Shown: positions 9,017 through 19,097 of the stretch, one piece after another | How positions within the stretch are numbered: the stretch's first letter is position 1 | Layout: every line of letters starts with the position of its first letter | Origin: a virus | Taxonomy: Duplodnaviria; Caudoviricetes | Reading direction: 5' to 3' (one strand) | DNA length: 64,000 bases | Virus record (IMG/VR): IMGVR_UViG_3300021185_003040 | Coordinates: 59,788 to 123,787 of that record | Made by a program: the position numbers and the translations under genes | Notes under the pieces: model-generated | Told to the model about the DNA's origin: nothing | Seen by the model: only the letters and a program-made list of their open reading frames with translations | The model's database searches: none

Positions 9017-10880
9017 TGTTTTCTAAAAATTGTTTAAATGTTAATAATGATTCAGTGACTTCATTTGATTCTGAAGCACCTACTGAATCTTCTAATTTTT
9101 TCTTAAGTTCACCATACATTTTATGTAAGGCCTTTGGTGTTGTAGACTTAAATAGTTTTTCATCTCCGTCTAACATTGCATTTCTAACCTGAGTCGCTGA
9201 AATATTATTGTCTGTTCTTGGAATTTCAAATAATCCAAAATCACTCCTAACTCCAAGATCTTCTCTATAAGAATCTTTATTTACTTGGAATCCGTAAGTT
9301 TTCATTCTATCGCTTCCTGTTCCCCATAATACGGGTTCATAAGTTGGTCTCATTGCATTGAACATTGTATCAATACCTCCGGTTGGAATTACAAAGATTT
9401 CTTTTAAGAATGGATATTGTTTTTGAACCGCCTTAAACATATCTAATTGTGTCTTCTCATCATAAGGTCTTTTAAATGCATCTTCCTTTTTCTTATTCTT
9501 TGCTTTTACTAATAAAACAACCACAGGATATCCATTTTCTTTGTGTATAGTTTCTAATACTTTAGCATGTCCAAGTGTAAATGGTTGGAATCTACCAACA
9601 AACATATTTACTAATTCTCCTCCTTGTTCAGGATGATCTACTTTAAGTGCTTCATTTAAATTAACACTTGTCTTTACTTTATTATGTAATATGAAATTAT
9701 TAAAGTCGTATATGGAATTTTCATCGGTATTCTCTACAAATACTTTCTTATCTATAGTTTCTACTATTTGATTTAAATGCTCTAACATTTCTGCATTTAT
9801 GATATCGCTTTCCTTGCTTCTCTTTTTTCTAAAAGAACCTAAAGTTATTTTAAATAATTCTGCAAGTATTTCGTTTTCAACATAAGAAAGAGTGGTCTCG
9901 TTCTTAATGTATTTAGTATTTAGTTTAAAGGAATCTGAATCTGCAAAATCAGCTGATTCAAAGTTAACACCAATAAACTTAGCAGAGTGTTCTTTAACAT
10001 ACGTATTAAACATCACTGACATTAATTCAATATATCTCCAGTCTGCTGTTTCTTCATTTAGTTGAATGTCTTTCATTTCAAATGTAGAAATAAATTCAAT
10101 AAGACCAGCAATAGTAATTTGATACATGTGGCTTGATCTCTTATTTTCACTAACAGTTCTTGTAAAATCTTCTAATTTAAAAGATCTAGATTTTTTCTCA
10201 TCAATAAAAGAAACTATTAATCCGTCAATTTCTACTTCAAAGTCTTCATTTAACGTAGGAGAAATTGCATTTGGATTAAATGTCTTAATCATCTTTTGGG
10301 TAAAAGGTAATCTTGCATCTGTATTTGGATCATAATCAAATGCTTCAGAAAACTCCTTATCTGACATAGATAGAACAGTTATTAATTCTTCTTTTTGCAT
10401 TTGAGATAACATACCATCAAATACAATGCTAGGTCCTTGAACCTCTAATATCTTTGACCATTTATTTAATATAACTGGATCGCTAATTGTTTTTTTAATC
10501 TTACCTGATTCATTCATAGTTTGAATGTGAGTAAGTATTAAATTGTTTTTAGGCAGTTTAGTATATTTATATTCTGACACGTTTAATTCAGGTAAATATT
10601 CAAAACCAAATTTCCAATCATGTGGCATTTGTTCCTTTATACTAGGATCTAGACTTTGGATGTGCTTGACACCTGTTTCATATAAACCTACTATTGTTCT
10701 GTCTATCATGTTCATTCTAGAATCTCCAGATTTGTAATATTCAAATTTAGTCTGGTTTCTTCTAACGTGAAATGAAGCTCCTTGTATTTTTTCAGTTACT
10801 AGAACCCTGCTATTCAACATATCTTGAAATGCATTGATATTAGTTTCCTGAAATACTTGTCTTAGTTTTTTAAGTGCCAT
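9009..10880 (-). CDS. Fusion of an ATP-dependent-ligase-like N-terminal domain and a HIGH-family nucleotidyltransferase (NadM/NMNAT/cytidylyltransferase-like)
   Basis: N-terminal TEKIQG, FGFEY, DGLIV, FKL (ligase motifs I/III/IV/V-like); C-terminal GRFQPFTLGH, GSDR and ISATQVR. Confidence 0.7.
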   Translation of the reverse strand: MALKKLRQVFQETNINAFQDMLNSRVLVTEKIQGASFHVRRNQTKFEYYKSGDSRMNMIDRTIVGLYETGVKHIQSLDPSIKEQMPHDWKFGFEYLPELNVSEYKYTKLPKNNLILTHIQTMNESGKIKKTISDPVILNKWSKILEVQGPSIVFDGMLSQMQKEELITVLSMSDKEFSEAFDYDPNTDARLPFTQKMIKTFNPNAISPTLNEDFEVEIDGLIVSFIDEKKSRSFKLEDFTRTVSENKRSSHMYQITIAGLIEFISTFEMKDIQLNEETADWRYIELMSVMFNTYVKEHSAKFIGVNFESADFADSDSFKLNTKYIKNETTLSYVENEILAELFKITLGSFRKKRSKESDIINAEMLEHLNQIVETIDKKVFVENTDENSIYDFNNFILHNKVKTSVNLNEALKVDHPEQGGELVNMFVGRFQPFTLGHAKVLETIHKENGYPVVVLLVKAKNKKKEDAFKRPYDEKTQLDMFKAVQKQYPFLKEIFVIPTGGIDTMFNAMRPTYEPVLWGTGSDRMKTYGFQVNKDSYREDLGVRSDFGLFEIPRTDNNISATQVRNAMLDGDEKLFKSTTPKALHKMYGELKKKLEDSVGASESNEVTESLLTFKQFLENNG

Positions 10881-10890
10881 ATTATATTAT

Positions 10891-12261
10891 TTATCTTCCG
10901 TACTTTATGATTCCCATCAGCTGATTGATAGCAGCAAAAGTACCTGTTAGTTTCATAGTCTTTCCTTTATATACAAAAACTATTCCTTCAGTTGGTATGA
11001 TAGATTCTACTCCTCCAATTCTATCTAATCTCTCTAGTTCTTTCATTACCTTTTCGATCTGAGTAACGCTTCCATCTTTTTTGATCTTTTCAGATTCTGA
11101 TCTAATTTGATTATGTAGTCTTTGCATCTCTTTGTCTGGATTTGCAGCTACAAAATTAGAAGCATTCATAAGAATTATAGACCCTAGTTCTAAAAATAAA
11201 TCTTCAAACGGTCTAATGTTTTCTTTATATTTCTTTTTAACATCTTCTTTGTCAAATTTCTTAACAGAAGCAGCTTCATCTTTTCCTATCTCCTTTGCAA
11301 GTGATCTCATATTTAAAGACTTTTTATCTCCATAAGCCCATCTTAATAATAAACCTTCCTTATAGTCTTGTTGTAAATCGGGGAAATTTGCATCTATTGT
11401 TTCTCTCCACCACATTTCATGATATCTAGAAACTTCGTCACCGTCTGTTAAGTTATAACGATCTCTTAATTTTTCAATCTGCTTTATAAATTTAGCTTGA
11501 TTTTTATCAAAATTAATATCTTTACCTAGTTTTAAAATCTGAGGAGGAATTATTGTAAATGTCTTTTGAACATCGGCATCTACTTCCTTTAAAGCTTTGA
11601 CTAATTCTCCTGCTATTTTTCTAGATCCTGTAATATTACCATTCCCATCAGTTTCTTGAATATCGTGAAATTGAAGAACATCTCTTTCGTAATAGATTAC
11701 ATTTGGGTTTTTAGAATAGATTAATTCTATATTTATAAAATCTTTACCGTCATTAAATATGGACTGATCTTTAATTTTTGGAAGAGCTTCATTTAGATCT
11801 TTAGCTGCAAACACGTATGTTTCTCGCACTAAAGGTACCTCATGCTTTTCAAACATTTCTATAATACCGTCTAAATCAACGGGACTAATTAATTGACCTT
11901 TATTTCTAGAAAACATCGTAACTCCGTTTTTTACGGTTGCTAATAGATTTTGACCGTCTGTTTTTTCAGTGGCTACCTCTTCAAAGTTTAATTCTCCTTG
12001 AAGACCAGACGTTACGATCTTTTTAAAATCTGCGAATGTTAAATCTTTTTCATCGAAAGGATGAGACATGTGACCAGCTGCACCGCCTTCTAAGATTAAT
12101 TCTTCTTTAAGTGTATTGTATTTTTCAACGATATATTCATCAAATGATAAAACTTTACTCTTATTTTCACTCATATAATGTGCAACATATTCCTCTCTGG
12201 TCATGCCATGTGCATCTGCGTGATGTTGAATAAAATCTACGAAGTTGTTATTTAGTTCCAT
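10891..12261 (-). CDS. ATP-dependent ligase-like nucleotidyltransferase (conserved T4-like phage family, possibly DUF6267-related)
   Basis: LILE|GGAAGHMSHPFD, TEKTDGQN (KxDG), EGIVF and KLTG. Confidence 0.6.
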   Translation of the reverse strand: MELNNNFVDFIQHHADAHGMTREEYVAHYMSENKSKVLSFDEYIVEKYNTLKEELILEGGAAGHMSHPFDEKDLTFADFKKIVTSGLQGELNFEEVATEKTDGQNLLATVKNGVTMFSRNKGQLISPVDLDGIIEMFEKHEVPLVRETYVFAAKDLNEALPKIKDQSIFNDGKDFINIELIYSKNPNVIYYERDVLQFHDIQETDGNGNITGSRKIAGELVKALKEVDADVQKTFTIIPPQILKLGKDINFDKNQAKFIKQIEKLRDRYNLTDGDEVSRYHEMWWRETIDANFPDLQQDYKEGLLLRWAYGDKKSLNMRSLAKEIGKDEAASVKKFDKEDVKKKYKENIRPFEDLFLELGSIILMNASNFVAANPDKEMQRLHNQIRSESEKIKKDGSVTQIEKVMKELERLDRIGGVESIIPTEGIVFVYKGKTMKLTGTFAAINQLMGIIKYGR

Positions 12262-12280
12262 GTATATAGCTAATATAATT

Positions 12281-12314
12281 AAAAAACTTGACCCGGAAAA
12301 ATCCAGGTCAGTTT
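12281..12314 (-). terminator. Intrinsic terminator
   Basis: Minus strand AAACTGACCTGGA-TTTT-TCCGGGTCAAG followed by T6. Confidence 0.8.
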
Positions 12315-12328
12315 ATTTTTATTTTTTA

Positions 12329-14455
12329 TTATAAATATCTATCGATAAATTCTTCTTTGCTACCAACAAATGATCTAGTCTTTGGGCCAAAAAGAACAAT
12401 TTCAGCACCTTTTGATTTAAGCCAATCTGCGACTTTTTGAGCTTTTTTCTTATCAGCTGATAACCATACTGTGTCAAATTCAGAACCGTGAGACCTTTGC
12501 ATTACAATACCTCCTTTTTCATTTGTAAATTTAAACTTATCTCCAAGAGCAACACTTACTTTAATATTTTTATCAAAATTCTTTTTATGATTCTTAAAAG
12601 AATATGCTAAAGCACCTGAGTAACTTTTAGTGTCAGTTGTAAATTCATCTAAAGATGTAGTAGTACCTTCATAAATATTTGATTCAAATGCTGGAACTAA
12701 TCCAGTTTCTCCGTAGATATCTGCCATCATCCATTTTTTAGAACCTTCATCCCATAAATAAACGAATTCTGCACCACCTTCGTAATTTGCATCTTTAATA
12801 TATTTGTTAATATTCTTAACATTACCTTTCATCAGATTAACATCTCCGCCATAGAAATTAATTTTCTTAACGTCTTTATCTAAACCTGAATTATCTCCAT
12901 TTTTAAGAACAAAATCTACATTTTTACCACTTTTAAAGGTTGATTTAATAATAGGCAACATGTTTTCAGGATATGAATCATAGTGAGTATATACTGAAGT
13001 AATATTTCCTTTCTTGTCTATTTTACCAAATTGACCTCTAGTTCCTTCATTAATTACATAATTGATTACTTCGTTAAATTTAGATTCTTTTAAAGAAATT
13101 TCTTCTTCAGTTAATTGAAACTTAACTGATTCTTCTACTGCGTTAAATCCTGCTAATAATTTTTCAGCAAGTTTAGATTCACCAATAGATTCTAAATATA
13201 GAGCAGTGCCTTCAGCAACTCCAATACCTGACCATCCGGCAGCATTTGAAATTCTAGAATAATACTCATCTAATATCTGTGATATTTTCTTTGCTCCTAC
13301 TATAATAGCTTGTTTACCAAGAGTTAAAGGATTAACAGTAACACTTCCTAATCTTCCTTTGATAATTTTTTCAGTAGCTGTTCTTTCTCTATGGAAATTA
13401 GCATCAGTTAATGCTTCAGCATAAATATATTTAATAGCTCCTAAGTGAGAAATTTTATCAGCTGTTAAGCTTCCTAGTTCTGCAAATATTTTATTGTATT
13501 GAGTTAATACTTTCTTTGCATCTCTTTTATATTTAATATCTAAGGCCTCATTCATTAATGATTCTCCTAATCCCCAGTAATTTGCGTAATCGTATTCAAC
13601 TGGGAATATACCTAAATCACCTTCATCACCTTCTTCACTTTTAACAATTTTAGCAAGATAGTAATCTCCCTTTGCAGTATCTTCATATCCGTATGAATCT
13701 GCATCTGATCCCATTTCTTTTTTAAATTGTTTTGATATCTTTCTCCAATTATCGATAGCGATTATTTCAACTTCACTTCCAATTGAATTTTCAGTAGTAT
13801 CTCCTACTTTAAATTTAGCTTTTTCAGTAACTAAAGATTCTGAAAATTCTTCAATATGTTCCATATCGATTTCATCTTCTCCCTTTAATTCTTTTTGTAC
13901 TTCTTTAGACTTTACTAATTTTGAAAGATCTTTCATAGTGATTTCTCCATCAATGAAGTCAGCTAGTATATAGTATTGATTAGCAGAAAGTCCTTCACTG
14001 TCTCTAAAATCACCAATTTCTTCAATTGCTGCTTTAGTAACGGTCTTAGCTTCAGTAATCACTGATTCGCTTAATGAATTTCTTAGACCACAGTGTACGC
14101 ATTCTACCGTTCCGTCCTTGTCAATTTGCTTATATAAATGTCCTTTTTTATTAGTACATTTTGGTTCGTCTGATTCAGTAACTTCTTCTGATGCAGTAAC
14201 CTCTTCTACCTCTACTTCTATTTCAGCGATTTCTTCTTCTGAAACATCTCCAAATATTTTTGAGATAATTGATTCTTTCTGATCTTCTTCTAAACCTTCG
14301 AAAGAAGTTAATCCTAATTCATCTAGAATAGCAGCTATTTTACCAACTGATTCTTGTCTTTTTAAATTGTTTTCTTCTCTAAGTTTACTAACAGATTCCT
14401 GTTTTCTAATCTCTGTAAACGATTTAAATGAAGAAATTTTATTAACTTTTGCCAT
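12329..14455 (-). CDS. Putative multi-module internal head polyprotein
   Basis: 708 aa; leader MAKVNKISSFKSFTE; junctions SESVITE|A, SESLVTE|K, GESLMNE|A, YVINE|G and FESNIYE|G. Confidence 0.6.
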   Translation of the reverse strand: MAKVNKISSFKSFTEIRKQESVSKLREENNLKRQESVGKIAAILDELGLTSFEGLEEDQKESIISKIFGDVSEEEIAEIEVEVEEVTASEEVTESDEPKCTNKKGHLYKQIDKDGTVECVHCGLRNSLSESVITEAKTVTKAAIEEIGDFRDSEGLSANQYYILADFIDGEITMKDLSKLVKSKEVQKELKGEDEIDMEHIEEFSESLVTEKAKFKVGDTTENSIGSEVEIIAIDNWRKISKQFKKEMGSDADSYGYEDTAKGDYYLAKIVKSEEGDEGDLGIFPVEYDYANYWGLGESLMNEALDIKYKRDAKKVLTQYNKIFAELGSLTADKISHLGAIKYIYAEALTDANFHRERTATEKIIKGRLGSVTVNPLTLGKQAIIVGAKKISQILDEYYSRISNAAGWSGIGVAEGTALYLESIGESKLAEKLLAGFNAVEESVKFQLTEEEISLKESKFNEVINYVINEGTRGQFGKIDKKGNITSVYTHYDSYPENMLPIIKSTFKSGKNVDFVLKNGDNSGLDKDVKKINFYGGDVNLMKGNVKNINKYIKDANYEGGAEFVYLWDEGSKKWMMADIYGETGLVPAFESNIYEGTTTSLDEFTTDTKSYSGALAYSFKNHKKNFDKNIKVSVALGDKFKFTNEKGGIVMQRSHGSEFDTVWLSADKKKAQKVADWLKSKGAEIVLFGPKTRSFVGSKEEFIDRYL

Positions 14456-14487
14456 TTTTAATGTTTATTTAATTTAGTTTCGTTATT

Positions 14488-15996
14488 CTATATATCTCCG
14501 TCAAATTTGACTTTCTTAATACTATACTCAAATTTCTCTTGTTTATAAATTTTTTGTCTAGCTTTACTGTGTTTGTATAGGTAATTGTCCCATTCGTCGG
14601 TTCTAATGTCATCTACAAAATCGATAATTAATACAGCTTCTTTAGACTCATGCTGCCTTAGACCTCTACCAATTGACTGCCTGATGATCACCTCGGACTT
14701 AAATGACTCTGTAAAGAATATATTGTGTATTTTCTTAATGGAAATTCCAGTAGAAAATGTACCATAACTAGCTACAATAACTACTTCATCTCCTGCTTCC
14801 ATTTTCTTCTTATATTCTTCTCTAATATCTTTATCAGTTCCTCCATCTACATAAAAAACTCTTTTATCTGAGTTTTGGCGAAGTTGTTCGTATATTTTTT
14901 TACCATGTTCTATCCTATGAAACAGAACCAGAGAGTTTCTAGGAACCTTGCCAACGACATTACATATAAAATTAAGTCTACCAAAAGAATTAATAATGTA
15001 ATTTTGTTCTAGTTGAAAAACATCCTTCCTATCATACTTATTAAATGCTAATTCTTCAAATGCCTTTTTGGCGGAATCAGGTGCGTAATTCATTTCAATT
15101 ACCTTTACTTTACATTTAGCGATGTGACCCTGGCTCTGTAAAAATGCAGCCTTAACTTCGCTAATTACAGGACCCGTTTGACTCATTAGTGTTAACTTGT
15201 CTAAAGATCCATCTTTGGGAATTGTACCCGATAAACCATACTTATATTTTGCGTTAGTGCATTTTTGTAATATAGTCTTAATAGAATTAGATTTCGCCTT
15301 ATGGGTTTCATCTACGATAACAGCGTCGAACTGTTGAAAGTATTCTTTGGGCTTTTTAACTAGGGATTGATATGTACCTATTACTACATTCCGGTCTGAC
15401 TTTATTTTCTGACCAGCATATATTTGTTGTATCTTTAGTTTTATTCTATTCTTATTATTGTATTCGTGGAAATCTTCATGAGCCTGTACAACTAAAGAAA
15501 CATTAGGAACTATAAATAGTATTTTCTCTGCTCTTTCTTTTTCTAACATATAAGCTACTGTTAAAAAGCTAATAAGTGTTTTTCCAGCAGACGTTGCTAA
15601 TTCAGCTAAACATCTCCTAAACTTTAGGATATTAAATGCAGTTTCTATTTGATAATCCCTTGGAACAAATTTGCTACCCTCAAAAAATTCTAAAGCCCAT
15701 GCTTCAAATGATTCGGCTCCTATGTTTCTATCAAATAGTCTTTGAATTCCATTAAGTTTAAGATCAAACTTATATTCCTTGCAAATAAGCATAACGTATC
15801 GCCAAAGACCAGCGGGAATCCACTTATCGTCTTTGATATATGAAACATATCCGTCCCATATTCCTTTCTTGACTAAAGGATTAAATCTCCAACTATCAAT
15901 TCTTTTAGTTAAAGATATTTTAATCTGCTCTAGTTCAAGTTCCTCTGCTTCATCAATTCGTAAGAATTGATTATCATCCGTTAGAGTTAAAATCAA
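14488..15996 (-). CDS. uvsW: UvsW-like SF2 DNA helicase
   Basis: WDG N-terminal motif, PRDYQ, ATSAGKT, DETH, GLSGT, FSTGISI and QSIGRGLR. Confidence 0.92.
   Translation of the reverse strand: MILTLTDDNQFLRIDEAEELELEQIKISLTKRIDSWRFNPLVKKGIWDGYVSYIKDDKWIPAGLWRYVMLICKEYKFDLKLNGIQRLFDRNIGAESFEAWALEFFEGSKFVPRDYQIETAFNILKFRRCLAELATSAGKTLISFLTVAYMLEKERAEKILFIVPNVSLVVQAHEDFHEYNNKNRIKLKIQQIYAGQKIKSDRNVVIGTYQSLVKKPKEYFQQFDAVIVDETHKAKSNSIKTILQKCTNAKYKYGLSGTIPKDGSLDKLTLMSQTGPVISEVKAAFLQSQGHIAKCKVKVIEMNYAPDSAKKAFEELAFNKYDRKDVFQLEQNYIINSFGRLNFICNVVGKVPRNSLVLFHRIEHGKKIYEQLRQNSDKRVFYVDGGTDKDIREEYKKKMEAGDEVVIVASYGTFSTGISIKKIHNIFFTESFKSEVIIRQSIGRGLRQHESKEAVLIIDFVDDIRTDEWDNYLYKHSKARQKIYKQEKFEYSIKKVKFDGDI
14489..14496 (-). 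promoter_or_regulatory. Class-2 promoter GATATATA
   Basis: Motif overlaps the uvsW 3' end, upstream of the 708-aa gene. Confidence 0.6.
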
Positions 15997-16013
15997 TTTT
16001 CATTTAACTTTTT

Positions 16014-16448
16014 TTACAGTCTCGAAATATCAAGGCGATTCTTTATTGCAAAGCCCATATTGTCGAGAGTTTTTACTGAGCCTTCAATAAAGGCCTTTTG
16101 GCTTTCAAGTAAATCCAAAATTTGCTTATCGTCTGAAAGATCTGCATCAATAAAACGTTCTCTTTGTTTATCTGTTATCTTATAATCAAACTTATAATAT
16201 TCAATCCATTTTTGTTTATATAACTTGTCTACTGTTCCTTTCTGCGTTCTAATTTTACCACCAATGGTTGCTAAATTTTCAACTAATATTTGCCTATAAC
16301 TTAATGTGTATGCGCTAACATCTTCTAGGTTAATACCTTCTTTTAAGTTTTCAGTAAGTTCTTTAATCTTTAAAGTCCATTCTGATCTTTGTTTTGCTAA
16401 ATATTCGTCTAATTGTACAATCTTAGATTTGTTTGATTGTTCTGCCAT
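16014..16448 (-). CDS. uvsY: UvsY-like recombination mediator
   Basis: 144-aa helical protein beside uvsW; KWIEYY...FIDAD...KTLDNMGFAIKN resembles the UvsY C-terminus. Confidence 0.7.
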   Translation of the reverse strand: MAEQSNKSKIVQLDEYLAKQRSEWTLKIKELTENLKEGINLEDVSAYTLSYRQILVENLATIGGKIRTQKGTVDKLYKQKWIEYYKFDYKITDKQRERFIDADLSDDKQILDLLESQKAFIEGSVKTLDNMGFAIKNRLDISRL

Positions 16449-16459
16449 GTGGTGTTTTT

Positions 16460-16672
16460 TTAGAATAATGAGTTGTTATTAGTATTCTTCTTAATATAAA
16501 CTTGACTCTTAAATTTTTTCTTATATTTAGGAGTTATTTTAATTTCTTTTTCATCATGTGATAAATCAGCGGCTGCAAACCCAATAATCATTTTTAGATT
16601 TTTGTGTCTTTTTCCATCTTCTTCGAATTGATCTAATTCGTCGTTTACCATTTGTACGTAATCGTCTATCAT
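16460..16672 (-). CDS. Hypothetical protein
   Basis: 70-aa ORF overlapping the primase stop. Confidence 0.6.
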   Translation of the reverse strand: MIDDYVQMVNDELDQFEEDGKRHKNLKMIIGFAAADLSHDEKEIKITPKYKKKFKSQVYIKKNTNNNSLF

Positions 16673-17751
16673 AAGTAATAAGCATCTAGTCGTGAATTAC
16701 TAAAATACTTATCCATTGTAGATAAACATTTATTTTTTGTTTTCCAAGCAGCGATAACTAGATCGTTTAGATCTTTAATCTTGCTAGGATATTTATCCAT
16801 CTTAGATTCAGAAAGAAATTTGTCCCATGTAAATACTTCTTTACCTCTTTTTAATTTTTGCATCATCTTTGATTTTCCTGCTTCGTCGTTATCAAACATA
16901 TATCGTATTGTTGGAATTTCGTCTAATTCTTCAGTTGATCTAGTTACAGACGCCAATGCTATAGAGTTAGGCATAAATAAGGCATCTAAGGGTCCTTCGA
17001 ATACCGTACAAGGCATTTGGAAGTTTGCAGTCATGATACCAAACAAAGTTGATAGCTTCTTAGAGGATATAAGCTGTTCATCCTGAAGAGGTATTTCTTT
17101 ATTCATTTCCTGATATATCTTTTCTATATCGTATGTTAAATATCTTGTGTTTTTACTTTTTCTTAAAGATCTACTTTGAAATCCTATAACTTTACCTTCA
17201 GGTGCTAAGTTTAAAACTAAGATTCTTTTATCTTTGGGAGAATATAAGAAGTGATTAAGTTTCTTATGTAAAAACCTGTTCTTTAAATAGAAAAAGGCAG
17301 GATCGCCTGGTTCTATTTCTACAAGTTTAAAAACTTCTTTAAGTTCCTTTCTTGTAGGTGATAAATCATATAAAGTTTTAAATACACCATGTTGTAGAGT
17401 GTCTACTTCATTAACAGATACCTTGTGTTCTTTAATATATTCTATAATTGTAATAGAATCTTGAGTATCTTGGAATTTTAGGTGATGATCTTTTAGAAAA
17501 CCATATAGATCTGAGTGTTGTCCACAATTAAAGCAGTGGAATTGTAACGTTGCCCAATATAGATTACCTCTTTTCTTATGAGTTTCACCATGTGAGTCAC
17601 CACAATAAGGGCATGCCAGGTTTAAACGACCTGGCATTTCCTTAATCATGTGTTTGTTAGGGTCAGTATGTTCTTTTACACAAACTTGTTTAACTAAACT
17701 TCTGACCTTCTGCTTTAAATCTTCTGTGATTTTTTTAGATTCCGATTTCAT
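16669..17751 (-). CDS. DNA primase (T4 gp61-like)
   Basis: Zinc finger CPYCGDS...HCFNC; TOPRIM motifs EGPLDALF and FDND. Confidence 0.9.
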   Translation of the reverse strand: MKSESKKITEDLKQKVRSLVKQVCVKEHTDPNKHMIKEMPGRLNLACPYCGDSHGETHKKRGNLYWATLQFHCFNCGQHSDLYGFLKDHHLKFQDTQDSITIIEYIKEHKVSVNEVDTLQHGVFKTLYDLSPTRKELKEVFKLVEIEPGDPAFFYLKNRFLHKKLNHFLYSPKDKRILVLNLAPEGKVIGFQSRSLRKSKNTRYLTYDIEKIYQEMNKEIPLQDEQLISSKKLSTLFGIMTANFQMPCTVFEGPLDALFMPNSIALASVTRSTEELDEIPTIRYMFDNDEAGKSKMMQKLKRGKEVFTWDKFLSESKMDKYPSKIKDLNDLVIAAWKTKNKCLSTMDKYFSNSRLDAYYL

Positions 17752-18691
17752 CTAAGAAAGAATCTAGATCATCGCTATCTGCTGATGCAGTTGAAGATTT
17801 TGTTTCTGCTGCCGTTGGAGTCGCTGTCATTGTGTCAGGGAATTCAAAGTTAGCATCATTTCCTGTTACCGGAGCTGCTTCTTTTACTGCTGCTTTTTTA
17901 GCAGCTGGTTTCGGTGTAGAAATTACAGAATCCATTGAAGAACCAGGGTTAAGATATTGTCTTAAAATACCATTGACAAAGTCAAGAGTTTCAGCATCCC
18001 ATTTCTTATATCCATAAGGATCTAAAGATGGTGCTGTATCTAATTCACCTTTAATAGATGTCATAGCTTCTTGGTTTCTTTCAGCTGGTTTTCCATCAAT
18101 TGCAATAGCTGATCTAGTTGCAGAGAATTTAGACTTATCATAGTTATTATATTCACCTTGGCGAGTAATAATAAGTTCAAAGTTCTTTCCTTCGAATAAA
18201 TCATAAATCTGAGTTGGTTCACCAAATGCAGGTTTAGTTTCTTCTTCGATCTTCTCTTTAATTTTGTAACCGAATTTAAATACTTTATAAGTACCTTCTA
18301 ATTCAGGGTTCTGAGGATCTTTCACTACTTTAATAAGTGAGTAATACTGTTCTCTACGCTTAAGCTTGTCGCTCATCTTACGGTCTACTGCTGAATCACT
18401 CTTACGAAGTTTGAAGAATGCATCTGCAATTGGACACTTATCTCCTACCGTTGAAGGTGAATCAATAAGTCTTCCATCGCCGTTAGCGTCAGTTAGCCAG
18501 TGTACATACTTTTTAACTAATGAATTTCTTGGGTTTGTTGGGTTTGGAACAAAACGAATAAGTGCTTTGTAAGTTCCGTCTTTACCATCGTCTGCTGATG
18601 GTTTGTAGATCTCATTTGTAGAGCTTGAGCTCTTTGTTTCATGAGTTTCAACGTCTGATACGCTGAGGTTAAAAATGTCAAAATCTGCCAT
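17735..18691 (-). CDS. Single-stranded DNA-binding protein (T4 gp32-like)
   Basis: ALIRFVP, CPI, FKFGYKI, YDLFEGKNF, NYDKSKF, and an acidic tail DDLDSFLDEI. Confidence 0.9.
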   Translation of the reverse strand: MADFDIFNLSVSDVETHETKSSSSTNEIYKPSADDGKDGTYKALIRFVPNPTNPRNSLVKKYVHWLTDANGDGRLIDSPSTVGDKCPIADAFFKLRKSDSAVDRKMSDKLKRREQYYSLIKVVKDPQNPELEGTYKVFKFGYKIKEKIEEETKPAFGEPTQIYDLFEGKNFELIITRQGEYNNYDKSKFSATRSAIAIDGKPAERNQEAMTSIKGELDTAPSLDPYGYKKWDAETLDFVNGILRQYLNPGSSMDSVISTPKPAAKKAAVKEAAPVTGNDANFEFPDTMTATPTAAETKSSTASADSDDLDSFLDEIGI

Positions 18692-18747
18692 GTCTTTAAT
18701 TGCTTTAATTTACGTTAATGTCTTTAATCTTTAAAAAACTTTCAATA

Positions 18748-18774
18748 GTTATACATGTAATTCCTAAAAGGTTT
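18748..18774 (-). promoter_or_regulatory. Class-1 promoter AAAC-N17-TATAAC
   Basis: Conserved motif and spacing upstream of the SSB gene; a class-2 motif also lies at 18792-18799. Confidence 0.7.
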
Positions 18775-18824
18775 CACAATAATAACTATTCTATATATCC
18801 GTATCGCAGGGGGCAGGGGAAGAA

Positions 18825-19016
18825 TTATAGCTCTGTGTAAGTTGCACCAGATTCGTCAATCCACTTTGAAGAAGAGTTTGGAAGACGAGCTAAACCAGCC
18901 TTTCTTAACATATCTATCATTTCATTTTCTGTTATTCTATGTTGAGTTACCATATCACTTAAAATCTCTTTAAGCTTTAATAGGTGTGCCGGTATTATTT
19001 CTTTATCTGTTTGCAT
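18825..19016 (-). CDS. Hypothetical protein
   Basis: 63-aa ORF with a class-2 motif at 19022-19029. Confidence 0.6.
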   Translation of the reverse strand: MQTDKEIIPAHLLKLKEILSDMVTQHRITENEMIDMLRKAGLARLPNSSSKWIDESGATYTEL

Positions 19017-19097
19017 ATTTTTATATATCTTTTTATTTTATGAAACTTTATGGGGAAAAGACAGTATAACTTAAGACTTTAAGCCTCAGTGGTAAAT

